Positions 51,633-64,000 of a DNA stretch of 64,000 bases are shown here, in pieces. The position numbers and the translations under genes were made by a program. The DNA is taken from contig OZ316892.1 of assembly GCA_973895155.1 (NCBI GenBank), positions 10,582,283 to 10,646,282 of the forward strand, given 5' to 3'. How positions within the stretch are numbered: position 1 is the first letter of the stretch; the number at the start of each line of letters is the position of its first letter. This DNA comes from Marsupella aquatica. Its lineage: Eukaryota; Plantae; Marchantiophyta. Below the pieces are notes generated by a model that worked only from the letters and a program-made list of their open reading frames with translations, searched no databases and was not told the DNA's origin.

Positions 51633-53571
51633 TAACACAAGCTGGAGCTTGTCATTTCTTGCGTGCTGGAAACAATCTCTTGTGGGTTGGAGGGTTGGTC
51701 TGAACTTGGCATAGTGCGGTGGGGATACTAAATTAGCAGTAGAGAGCCCGTCTCGTCTCACGAGATGCTCATTTTCAGGGCCAATGCAATTGCTCTAAAC
51801 AAGACTTCTTTAAACAAAGTCACTGACCATGCTTCAATGTACCCACTCCACCACTTGGGGACCTTTTTGTTTCTAAAAACATGGAGCTGCTTAAATTTGC
51901 ATAGTGGTTCTTTCTGCCATCTCAGTGGTTTCAGCCATTGATGTCAGGCCAAAGCTCCTGGCCTTTGGCACATTGCTTGTATGTTGCAAAGTAAGATAAA
52001 TGCTCCAGCAACTCCATGAAGAATGATGTGCATAGGGAACCAATACCTAGTGTTAGGTAGTGTTGTTATATCTCAATCCAAATGCTGTTAACTATCTCAT
52101 GAATGAAGAAGCCTGCGTTTGCACTTTTGAGATTGGATAGTGCTTAGTATCAATCTTCTGAAAGAACTACCAGCCTGCTGCCTTGTTCAGACTGTGCCCA
52201 TTGCCCATTTAAGTGTAGTCCAACGTGGTGCACAGATGTAGTGTTCTAAGTGATGGACAGATGTAGAACATATCCAAACTCGAGGTAAAGCTTTGATATT
52301 TGGGTGCATTTTACAACACAATACACTGTAAAGAGTATATTACTATTTACTTAATGCCATTTCTGATGTGCCACTTTGAAGTTTGGGTACTTTTATGCAG
52401 AAGAATGGACAGTCCAGATTTGGATTGGGTATTATAAAGCCTCTCCTCTGATACTACTAAAAATAGTAAATAGAACATCTCTTACGTATTTCAGAATATG
52501 AAGGCCTTGAGTTCTTGTAAGGGCATTATGGGCATAATAGCCCGTCAAAATTGAGCTAAACCTCTCGTTTTTCCAGGCTATATGGGAAACTGTGCCCCCT
52601 TACGAGGGCGTTACTGTATATGAGAAACCGGAAGAGCATTTTTCTAAATTTTTCCTTATAATATATGCTAAGGTTAGCACTACAAGACAAGAAACTATAC
52701 ATACACCTATCAGAATGAGCATCCCTTATGGCCAAGGATTCCCTGAGCTTCATTTTAACTTGTATGTTTCGGATATGGACAAAGTCAGGTGTGACGTGCG
52801 TGTGTGTGTTCAAGATATGTCAATCGTCTTTCTTGACATATGGGCCTACCTAAAATAGTTCTAGAGAACATAAACTCTTACAAAGTAATTGATCTAGTAA
52901 GATGAGATTCTTATCACTCTTGGAATGTTTGAAAGTGTCTTACAAAATTTCTTTCCTGGTCAAATTGCACAATGTTCTCAGATATAAATGGACTGTTCTT
53001 CTTGTAGTGAACCTGCCATTGTTGTCTTTATCCTTTTGTACCCATCCAGAGTTGAAACTTTCTGGATGGGGCACTATGGGCTGGAATCGGGCTGGTAAAT
53101 GTATTTAAACTGAGATGCACAAAGTAACAAACTGATAGTTGATGCGTGGAACAGCCACCAATTTTAATTGATCTGAGGGCTTCAACGGACCAGATATCTT
53201 TAGCGTGCAAATATGTGAACATACAAATGACTGGTATTGTGAGTAGAAAATAATGTTTCAAGGGTGTCGGTCCATGCTGGTATCAATTATTTATCTGAGC
53301 ATCATTCTTGTCAAATGTCATGGTCTATGGAAGCTTCGATTTTGAACATGCAAATTAGCACAACACAACCTGGACTTTTTTTGAGTTTATGTGTTTTAGA
53401 TTCCTTTTGAAGAGGCAAATTGTACCCACCCACAGGAATACAGTGGGCACCGGACTGCCATTGTTGTGTTGTTGGTATTCTGTTATTCTGATGGCCTTAC
53501 TTGAATGTGGGGAATACCCAGGTTTTGGCCAGCAAATGGGGTCCAAAATCATTATGTTCTTTGTATCACCA

Positions 53572-53718
53572 CGTGTTAAATCTATGGCAAGTTAATATGG
53601 TCCGTACACCAGAACATAAACCAATACACTATATTTCTAAATTATAAACCAAATGAATTGAATGACATATGTCTTGGTTTATGTTCTGGTTGTACTATTG
53701 GACGTAGATTTAAAGCAC
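53572..53718. mobile_element. ~150-bp foldback/MITE-like element (second copy at 20421-20567, inverted)
   Basis: TTAAATCTA..GTACACCAGAACATAAACCAATACA pairs with TGTCTTGGTTTATGTTCTGGTTGTAC..TAGATTTAA. Confidence 0.7.
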
Positions 53719-56700
53719 AGTCTTTTTATCTACTTTATAATATGCAATGCTACAAAAAATCTCTTTAGTCTGCTTAGGAATACAGAAACGGAGGGAACTA
53801 ACATGACCTGTCAGATTGTTTTAAATATTTTTTGTGCTCTTGGATTGACTGACCAGGTATGTCAAATGATTTGCTTATTTTAATAGTAAGTTATTTTGAG
53901 ACTGGGGTCAAGCAATCCCAATGGCAGGAGCGGCGCCCCCACTAATTCACGCAGAGGAAAGCAAGTGGGCACTGGACTGGCCTCTATCCATGAGAGAGGT
54001 GCATTGGATAGATGAGAAGCCCTGGCCAGACCATAGAAGGAAGGGGGAGGTCAAGCCAGCATGATACAATGGTTTATGAAGGTGATGAAAACGACCACAA
54101 CACTCTCTCCCAGATTTTTCCCAACTGTGCATAATTCATTAATATTTCCAGTTATGACGCGGAGATTTATTTATCAGATTGATTTTAGATGAGGATACTA
54201 GAGATTCTCTACACAGTTTAAGTACGAGATCATCTGGCCAAGTCCACATGGACCAAGCACTAATCTCCAAAAGTGAACATTCATACCAAGGCAAGGTGCT
54301 TGGTTCATCGCAATAATTTGATCCATCCTAGCATTAGGACTTAGATAAAGGGACAATGGAGATACAATTCCCTCGTGACTATACATCCCTCTTGACAAGC
54401 AGTAGTTGACAGATTGTTCCAGCATTGGACCAACAAGTCGAGCTCGGGGGCCACTTCATGTTTTGATCACGGTGTGCCATGATTTGATAACTGACAGTAC
54501 GTACCTCACGCAAGTCATTCCACAACTGTTCCACAGAATGATATCAAACACGGCTCGATTCAATTCTCTCTTTATTCACAAATACACAATGCACTGCCGT
54601 CCGACAATGAAACCAACGAGCAGACACTGCGTTCTACATTGTTGCAGTGGCTGCATGTTCCATCATTTCATAGCTAGCAAGAAGACTGCTGCACTAGTTG
54701 GAATCAATCTGGGCAGTGACTAAAACTCTATTGTGACTCCATTCCACACAAAAATAAAGAGATTGAAACATTGAAACAGCTTAAGTTGTAATCTCATAAT
54801 CGATGTACTGTTGCTGCCCTCGAGAGCCACCGAAAAGAGAAATTCACACACACACAAATGGACATGGCGTTCAGGCAGTGAGTCCTAAGTGCACTGCCAA
54901 GTCGATCTGGTTATGTACTGCCACACTCATGCAAAGATGAGACCGACGGAACAAAGGCCGTGCGCTCCCAGCAGCGACACCACACACCAATCAACGGGCA
55001 GTACGAACTGTCTACGAAGCTGGAGTGGATCGATTGTAGCTCAGCGCGCGACTACGATCCAGAAAATTCTCTGATCAGCTATATCCAAGGCTAGCCTATG
55101 ATAAGGACTACTCACTTCCGGGCTTATAGACCTAAACCCCAATCAGCTCAGGTGGTTTGCACCACTACAAAACGAGCGTAGTGGGATGGCACGCTGTGCA
55201 GTGCATGCCACGAAATTAGAGTTGGTAGACGATAGTAGTCGATTCAATTCGTCCTACTTAATTGAACTCGATTTGATTCCACTCCCTGCCCACATAAGAT
55301 CGTCCGGAGCATGCATGCCTACACAAGATCGTCACTGGGCATGCATGATGACTATAGTAAAAGCCTGGACTGTTTTGACAAAAGCCAGAACGTACTGAAC
55401 CAGGAACTATGATTCTAGATCTGGACAATGATTTTTGTTAGGACGGAGCTAAGGAACGTCGTCGCAAAGTAAAGAACCTGCGTCCACTGATCGAACAAGT
55501 GGAAAGCTTGAGTATTGAAGGGTAGAGGACTGCTCAGAGAAAAATATCATAGCACGAGAAGAATATCGAAGCTGATGTACCGACACGCACTCCGAATTGA
55601 AGTAGACTGCAAGCGAAAAGCCCAACTTTGATCGAAACTACAAGACGGTAAGAAACGTCCGGTACAGCACGAATCATCCTAAAACGCTAGCCCTCGCGCA
55701 AATTCAGACCGAGCGATTCAGAGAGTCGGACTGCATTCAGCATTCGAAGTGTAGCATGGTCACATCATATCAAAACAGAAGTTGGTTTATCGGACGGACG
55801 ACCTGTGGAATACAATCCTGAGCCGTCACCTATTGCGCGCACATTCTCTCACCGAGCTATATGAATGATAGCTCCCCTGCCGACTGATCACGCATTCGTC
55901 AATTTGAATGACGGCTCCCTACTAGCTGACTGACCTTAAGTAGCTTCGGCTGTACTCTACATCGCTTAATTCACGGTCCGCTCATTCAACCAAAATAGAG
56001 ATGCCACCAATCAATTCCAGCTTACAAGAGACAGACATGCTAATGTGAAGTCACACGTAACACTGTATCTACTCATATGCGCCCAAAGTGGGAGCGCACC
56101 AGATCGATGAACATCGATGAACAAAATAGGTCTTGTTAAAAACCTTTGAGCATGTACAATGTCTCTCAAGCCTCCTTCGCAATTATTCTTCACGTAATGG
56201 ATGGGGGCGGCACCCCGGGCCAGTTGCTAAGTTGGGGAGCATCCCCCACGGATCAGCCTAAGGCTCAAAAACGATCAGCGTCCATCACGGTACAGACATT
56301 GAAATTGAAATTGATATTGATTGATCCCGCTCCCTTAAAGAGGGATGCACGTTGTCGGCTGGTGGCATCCATCCATCCATCCATCAATCTTTTCGAAAGT
56401 CTTTCGATCGTCATGCCCTCACAAAAACAGGATGATCATCTAACTAACACTGATCATTGATCGAACAAGCTGATCGAAGAGGTCCGTTGATCGAAGTCTT
56501 CAGGATATGATCATTCGACATCGGCACTGATGAATTGATGCACTATTCACCGCGACTGGGATTTTTTTCCGAGTGTATATTGACGATGCCTCAAACCTGG
56601 TGTCCATTTTTTTCATTTGAACAGGTTCGGCATAAAGAATTGACAAGCTGGTCCAACCTACAATGTAGAGGGATCTTCGTTTTCGGTCGTCTTCGATGTC

Positions 56701-56934
56701 TTGTGGGTATGTTTATTACGGAGATGTCTCTCTGTGTCGTCCTCGACAGTCATTCATGAGCTGCACTGCACTGCACGGCGGAAAACCAGCTGATGAATCG
56801 TCGAGGGATATTTGTGAACTGTACGACGACGTGAGTGGCAGAAAACCAGCTGAATGAACCCGAAAGAAAGGAAAAGAATGAGCCTCGTCAAGAGACAGAG
56901 GCTCTCCGAATCGATCCGTGTGGGATACCATTAA

Positions 56935-59913
56935 CTACGAGCAAGTGCTGATGGCGTATGGCAAGTATAAGGAGTTGAAAGGGGAGGTAACCGTGTCCAA
57001 GAAAGTGCTTCCTTGATCCATCGTCTCAGCGGAGACGGGATTCACGGGGAGGTATGGAAAAATGTCTGATTGATAAAACATTCGGTCGAGAGCGGATGAA
57101 GGACCGAATGACAGATCCTCCGGTTGGTCCAAGGCCAGAGATGCCATTTCCGTATGCTCGAAGACATGTCTCTCTTCTTCCTGGAAACTTAGTTCGTGCT
57201 TGACATGATCAACTGTCATGTTGTCCATGATCTGATTGTTTTCGAATTGACTCATCTGATCGCAATGGGATTCCAAGTTACTCATACAGCTGCTGTTTGA
57301 CTGTTCAGGAGATTGATCATGATCCACCAGAGTCTGTTGAGCAATGCCTTCCAACATAGGAGCTCTCTCAAGCATTTGCTTGAAAATGCCCGACTGAAGC
57401 AGAAGACCCAGGGCAGAGCCAGAAGCATTCTTAGACTGGGCTGAAGGATTTACAAGTTGGCTGTATGCTTCGTCACATGTCTGTAATGCGTCCCACTTTT
57501 GGCTCGGCTGCTCTATTTGGTGGCAATTGTCATGGACAGGCAAGACTGCAGGTGGCGCCACTAGGACAAACGACTCCTGGGACTGATTTTGGGCGATGAT
57601 ATCGTTCGAATTCGCTGGAGGCAGAATATTGCCAGCTTGCCCTGGGCGCAACCAACGCACATAACGACTCAAATCGAAGTTGGTCACTGCATTCAGCCCT
57701 CGGTACTCAATTGCTGCCATGTCGTACGCTGCTGCAGCTTCTTCTTGAGTACCTACATAAGATTACCGAACAAGAATAGAACCTGAGTACGGTCAAGTTA
57801 TTATCGGTCGTCAAAGTAACATGATTCAACATCAGGTTTAAAGCCTACAAGTGGCACAAAGGTACTTAGTACTTACTGTAGGTGCCCAGGTAGAGGTATT
57901 TGTTGCCAAAGATGCGGCCAATGCGAGCTTCCCACCTGCCATTGTGGTGATGTCTACGCGGAGAGCATGGCAGGTATGGTTAATTAGTCGATGGCTGTGG
58001 TCGCGAGCATTAAAAAATTCAAATGTCGCTCACAAACCTAACCGAGCCCACTAAGCACAATTCAACGAAGAACATTAAGAACGTTAAGGTAATGCAAATC
58101 ATCACGCTCTTGTCAGCCAGCTGCATGTGGCATAAAGTACCTTGCAACACCTCGGTATTTGGACACGCCCCTGGAAAACCCACTGCTCTTTCTGCACACA
58201 CGCACACGCACACGCACAACCTTAGTTCCTGAAATGGTCCACTTCATAACGAAGGATATCCGAAATTTCAATGCTTGCCTCTGCGCCACCCTGCAAATCT
58301 TTGGGACGTTCCTATCACGAAGGAAACAACAGTTTAGGGCGAAGAGATTTGTCACAGTACCTTCGGAGAGACGCCAGGTACTCCTCCTTAGAGACCTCTC
58401 CCATATCCTCCAATTCTTTAGTGTAATCTGGTAGCTGCAAATCACGAGCAAGACAGTTCGCTCAGGAGATGCTCAACCTCCTCACATTGCAAACCCAAGC
58501 TACACCTCAATTCTGTCGAGTTGAAGGGAAGCTCAACACAGATCTTCGAGCTACGAGCAACGGAGCATCCTAGCACGTCGGCAAATCTGTGTATACGATC
58601 CATCTATCGATCCAAAGAGTAAATCTCCTGTACCTGCTGAGAAGAGTTGAGAAGCACTTCCAAAAGCTGCTTACAAACTTACCGGAAAATTGATTATAGT
58701 ACCAGGGCCCCAGTACTTCAAGGCTGCCAAGTCATATGCACGGGCCGCAGCTTCTTCGTCGTCATATGCCCCTGATTCACAGCAACAATCAGGGCCCCTT
58801 CAGTCGGTAGTGAACAAAACCCAAGAGCAGACGGCAGGTGCATGCTCAGATTCAACTTCGAACAATTCAGGACATCTTGTCCTACGAACATCAAGACACG
58901 GCAAAAATCTCGATAGGCGAAGGTCCATTTAATTACTCACCGAGATACACTGGCGGAAAATGGATGAAACACGAGCGCGCAGACAGAGAGTGAGGACATG
59001 CACAAACAGCCAATTGCATGATCCAGCTATTAGAAACTGATCAGGAGAAAGCGCCTCTATGCATCTGCTCTAGCTAGATTAGGTCATTCTCGGAAACTAC
59101 TGTAGCCTTTGGAGGTCGCACCGACTCTTACGTAGTTTACGACAACTAAAGCAGTTTTAGTCGAAGCGTTCAAAAGAAAATTAGGAGCACGTCTCCCCGA
59201 GAAATAGAGTCCCTCGCTTGTGCGTGATGAACAACATTGGAATCAGTTCCACCTCGAGCTCAACATGTCCAAGTAGCTCGGCATCCTTACCTTGTCTGCC
59301 TTTCTTGTTTTGAGTTTGATTCCAGCAGCTCTTGTCCCACAAATGTGCTTCATACCGGCCGGTCCATCTATGCCTGCTCAAAATTGCATGTGCAAGATTT
59401 TAGACTCCTCAGCTTCTGTTCCACTTGGTAAATTACTAGATTCACAGCTCAGCGATGCAGCTTTAAGATGAAACTGAACTGTCGCCTAATTGAGCACAAT
59501 ACAGTGAATCGAATGACAATATAGAATGTACTAGAACGTTGCGAACAAAACGAATCGTAGACAACGTCTTTGGCGATCGGAAGGAGAAATCACAGGGCTC
59601 CGAAAGATGGGTCGGTCAATATTTTGCAGTCACCTAAAGAGATCGACAGACCCACATGTATGTTTGGGGAACGTCAGGGTGAATTCCAGATAACCATTCA
59701 CGGTGTCCAAAGAGCCTACCGAGTTACTCCACGGTAGATGGAGCTTCGACGCCCTGGAGTACTCGGGACTTTGCTCACTCTGCCTTTCGCTGAAACTCGA
59801 CGACCTCGCCTTCCCTTCTGTGGCTGCTCGGACTCTGGCACTGGCAATACACTACCCTCAATTGCAACAGCCGAGTTTGGTTGCAGCCCATCGACCTTAT
59901 TCTCTTCAGACAT
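56935..59913 (-). CDS. WRI1: WRINKLED1-like double-AP2 transcription factor, 464 aa; exons 59913-59720, 59373-59291, 58949-58941, 58771-58683, 58434-58361, 58191-58141, 57953-57877, 57752-56935
   Basis: All seven introns are GT-AG and keep the frame; internal exons are 83/9/89/74/51/77 nt. Spliced protein: [152 protein letters not shown]. This is diagnostic of the WRI (basalANT) clade. Exact orthology to WRI1 versus WRI3/4 cannot be assigned by eye. Confidence 0.95.
58941..58949 (-). CDS. 9-nt microexon (TGTATCTCG) of the WRI gene encoding V-Y-L
   Basis: Minus strand ttttccgccag|TGTATCTCG|gtgagtaat. It joins phase-1 exon 2 (..CAA G) to exon 4 (GG GCA TAT..) to give Q-V-Y-L-G-A-Y. Confidence 0.93.
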
Positions 59914-60321
59914 CCCGCCGTTTGTATCCTCCCGAATGCCGCTTCCTCGATCCCCTTCCCTTCCACTTTGTCACTTGTTGCAATTTCTCGCGCGTCAATC
60001 CTAACTCGCTCGGGAAGCTCTCGCACCAGAACGATGACAACCCAAACGCTGTCCAGATGGTTTTCACAATTTTACCCCACGATGCTGGTCCACTAAGATT
60101 ATCTCGTGCTCGTACTCAATAATTGGCAATGCGTGTGACAACGTGCCAGCTCGATCAATCAAGAGTCTAAAGGAACATCAACAGAAACTCAGTCTTCATC
60201 AACGAGCGTCAAGACGACACATGAACCTGAACTGCTCCATTCCCAAGCCGCAGCGACCGTCAGTAGACCAAACATTCGCAATGCGAGTGTCAAATTCGAG
60301 AGGATTTTCGCCCAATTGGAT

Positions 60322-60322
<1 letters not shown>

Positions 60323-60380
<58 letters not shown>
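60323..60380. repeat. (CT)29 / (GA)29 microsatellite ~410 bp upstream of the WRI ATG
   Basis: Perfect dinucleotide run; it reads GA on the WRI sense strand. Confidence 0.95.
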
Positions 60381-60382
<2 letters not shown>

Positions 60383-62209
60383 AGTCCAAGAAATACAACA
60401 TGAAGCTAATTACGACCACCGGGCCTGCTGCTGTCTCCAGTACAGTGGACAAGTGGAGAGAGCTCTGCGGGGGTGGTCTTCTTACGACACATCAGCGAGC
60501 AACAAGCTGCACACGACCCTCAGGCTCCCAAGACAGCCACCACTTTCTGCAGTATGCAAGAACGCAGAGCGCCAGCCAGCCACAAGAGATGTTGTCAGAG
60601 CACCCAGCTCCCTGCCTAGCTCTTCAAGAGCAGACAGTAAACCTCAAAGCAATGCACGCAGCACCAGCAGGACCAGACGAAAGAAGCTCGAAGGGGAACG
60701 ACTTAAAAAGGCGAGAGCCTAAACCAAGCATTCGAACTCCAGAGAAATCCTGCAAAGGATATTAAAATCTCTCTCTAGAATTGGGATGATGTACTACTAA
60801 CTGCTGCTGTTCCTGTCTGCTGAATCAGTGCACTCATTCATTCATGCATGAGTGCTGCCTTTGCCTTCACCTTCCTGCCTCGCCTTCCCAGACATGAACG
60901 CACAGCCAGGACAGAGCTGAGTGTGAGAGGGACACACCGAAGACGAAGAGGGCAGACAGGTGAGGGAGAGAAGTGCCCAGCGCTGCGTAATAAAGGAAGG
61001 GACGAGTCTACGAGGCCATATAATAATTTCTCTTCTCCCGGGCGGCTCGTTCTAAACACGACAGGACAGCATCACGACGGCCGTCCGTCCACTGCGGAGA
61101 GCGAAGTAAGCGAACACTGAGCAGTGGTGTCGTAGAGTCGTCCGGCGACGGCGACCGTCACGTACGTCCAGAGGGACTGGTAACTACGGTTGTGCGCTTA
61201 ATTGACCACCCCTCCAATCGTAACCCCACGCTAAGCACGGTCTAAGTGGAGCCGGGCAGTGCATGCATGCACACCCCTGTAGAGGAGTAGGAGTACTCTC
61301 TGGTAGATTTATTAGGCGTAATGAATCTTCTCAAGTTCTCAGGGAGCAGTACAAGTTTAGGGTTTAGTACAAGTCAGTCCTACCCACACACCGCAACCAG
61401 AGTTGCCTTGGCAAGGCCCTCAAGTTAGCCCCAAACTGGGTGTGGGAAATAAACTAAGTCAATTAACCATTAATAGTCGTTGGATGGATTGTAAAACTCA
61501 AAACTCTTTCCTACATCCCAAATTAGGGTAGTTGAGAATCAGTCCTATGTCGGGTAGGCTAGTTGACAATAAGACATCTTATTTTCAATTAATCCGTGGA
61601 CCCCCATGTTCATCCAAGGAATGTGTGCATGATGAAGTGAAATTAATTTTCAACAAGGCAGTGACTGACAGTTTTGAGTCTCCCAATGGTGTTGGTGTGT
61701 ACTTGTATAAAAGAAAACGCTCAAAAGATAGAGGAGATTTATCAAACAAAAGGTTGAATGTGGAGGAATTAAGTTTTTTGACGGTTTTTGCTTACACATT
61801 ATTGGAGAAATTGTGTTTTTACCATTCTTGATTGATAATTTGTGAGTTACATTGAACATTACCGTCACAAGACAGACTGGAAGACAACACTCAACTGTTG
61901 GCAAAGAGCGCTTTTTGATTCAGTGGGAAGAACACATAAAATGAACGAGCCATCACTTCACACGAGGGATTTGTAGTTTTTTTTATTTAAGAAAACTATG
62001 GTGTGAGGGGGAGACCAACAATTGTTTCTTTGACATAGAGGTTGCATTTGGCGTCAACTTGTCTTCACAGTGAGCTTCAATTGAAGACTAGAGGGATGCA
62101 AACAATTCAAGTCAGGAAGCAAGCATTGTGGACAAGCGATGACGATGTGATCAAAGAAATCAATTTGCAACGGCTAAGTTTTTGACAATGACGAGATTGT
62201 GATATCTCT

Positions 62210-62665
62210 TAATCGAGAAAGGGTTTCCAATGAGCCTCAGATTGATAAATTTTGTAAAGTTCTAAATGAGTTTTTGAATTTCTTTGCCTTTCCAATGAGT
62301 GTGAGTATAAGAAATTTTGATCATGAGTTCATGAATTCTTTTCGCTTTCCAACATTGAGTTCGACATTGTCAAATTTTGTCACGATACTAGAGAGATCAT
62401 GAGGTTTTCAATCTCTTCAGCTTTCTAATGTGTGACATTGAGATTATTTGTCAAGAATTAGAGAGATCATGAGTATCTGAAATTTTCTAGCTTTCCAATG
62501 AACCTAACATTGATAGATTTTGTCAAGTACTAAGGAGATGATGAGTTTTTTTATTTTACTCTAGCTTTCCAATGAGAGGTCTAAGTATGTTTCTAAATCT
62601 TGATCTTGAGTTTTCCAATGAATCAAACATTGACAGATTTTATCAAGTATTAAGGAGATTGATTA
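62210..62665. repeat. Degenerate tandem repeat of variable unit length
   Basis: Recurrent GCTTTCCAATGA..ACATTGA.A.ATTTTGTCAAG.ACTA..GAGATCATGAG blocks. Confidence 0.7.
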
Positions 62666-64000
62666 TTTAGTTTTACAATGTGACGCCAAAGGGGTTTTAA
62701 CTATGTACATTTCTATCAATTGGTTTTTTCAAACTTGCAAACAATTAAAAAATACAAGCATTTTGATATAAAACACTTATACATCTTTGACAAACATCAT
62801 AATGGTAACTTTATTTTACTAAATGACATCTCTTCCTTTGTATTTTGGTTTTTTTACATTTAATATTTACGGCATGGCGCCCCAAAAATTACATTACTTT
62901 TGCCACAAACAGGAATGTGCATGTTTGTCATTGTTAAAAGTATGATCATTCCTGTTTATGGCTGGTTGTGATGATGTGGCGCAACCTCGTGGCAGAGAAT
63001 TTGCAAGAGACTTCTCATGGGGGTCCGTAAATATACAAAGAAATTTGGGGACCAGATGATTGAAAGTCACAGTAGAGACGTTCCTATGTACGCAGCCTTG
63101 TTGGACAAAAGAGCTCTGGAGTCCTAGACCTGGTCCATACTATTAAAGGAATATGACAAAATTACCCCTCCGATTCGCTAAAATTTTCTAAACATTCTTA
63201 AAGTTGTAAATGTTTTTTTGAATTTTTTACCCCTACTAATTTGGAGTATTCTTGGAATATACCAAAATGTGTTTTTAATCCCTACTTTTCCTTAAAAATC
63301 TCAAAATTATATTTAAAAAACATTACTAATGTTCTCAAAAAAATTTGGTAATGTTTTTTTTGGGGGGGTAAGTCTTTTCTTAGAATACCCCTCCTGGAAG
63401 ATATGTTGATTTTGTTTTCTTTGTGCCCGTCCCCCAAGGTTTTTGCCTTTTGGATACAATGAGCTTTTTGGGGTATGGTACATAAATCCAAATTTAAACT
63501 TTAAAATACATTATTTGAAACTTTAATCAATTCCATTAATGATACAAAAGCATTAACCTCCATATTCCGTCAGACAGGGATCACATCGTAGGCACACGCT
63601 CTGGACAGTGAAATATCTGGGTTTAGAGTTAACACGTTATCAATTTACTAACAAAATGAAGGCTTTCTCACTCATCCTTCAGTAAGCTCTCTTAACCGGG
63701 GACAGGTCGAGTACTTTCCGTCCTCCCTTTTAACCCGAGTTGTATCAATAATGGGACAGCTCCACGTACGTCCATTCTTCACCCAATCAAAACTATCGAG
63801 GACCTGCCCATTGCACCAGGCACTTAGTTTATTGTTGTTTAATTTGTAAGATGATATTGATTTGCTTGATCTGTCCTGAAAAAACTAATAAACTATCCAC
63901 GACCATCTGACGACCGTCCATTCCTCCCAGTTGTATCTCTATAAACGCACCACGTGTCCCATGGAGGTGTTTATAATGGTGACAAAAGGTGGTTTCAAAA

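Noticed and set aside
55850-55940. CTGCCGACT..TGAATGA segment reminiscent of a miR319 precursor
   Set aside because: No mature miR319/159 sequence and no long stem nearby.
60316-60765. 149-aa ORF beginning with LSLSLS
   Set aside because: It is driven by the CT microsatellite, lies antisense to the WRI upstream region and shows no recognisable domain.

Overview
Eukaryotic nuclear DNA from a land plant; the gene style suggests a non-seed plant such as a bryophyte, which is an inference. Four protein-coding genes are supported. (1) A RETICULATA-RELATED (RER2/3-type, DUF3411) plastid protein with an intronless CDS, 5954-7171 (+). (2) The plastid pyruvate dehydrogenase E1-alpha subunit, 3 exons, 15930-18227 (+). 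(3) An RluA-family RNA pseudouridine synthase, 23378-25627 (-). (4) A WRINKLED-type double-AP2 transcription factor, 8 exons including a 9-nt VYL microexon, 56935-59913 (-). There is one tRNA-Gly(UCC) gene at 22401-22472 with a fully paired but atypical acceptor stem (A1:U72). The rest is decayed mobile DNA: a Helitron 3' end, Ty1/copia relics, a Tourist-like MITE, foldback elements, minisatellites and a probable NLR-LRR relic. About 31 kb (25.8-56.9 kb) has no recognisable gene. I found no evidence for a wholly new multi-gene system. The best leads are the atypical tRNA-Gly, the in-frame uORF/stop abutting the pseudouridine synthase start, the microexon, and the linkage of a WRI regulator with its textbook target PDH-E1-alpha. 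All alignments and translations were done by eye.
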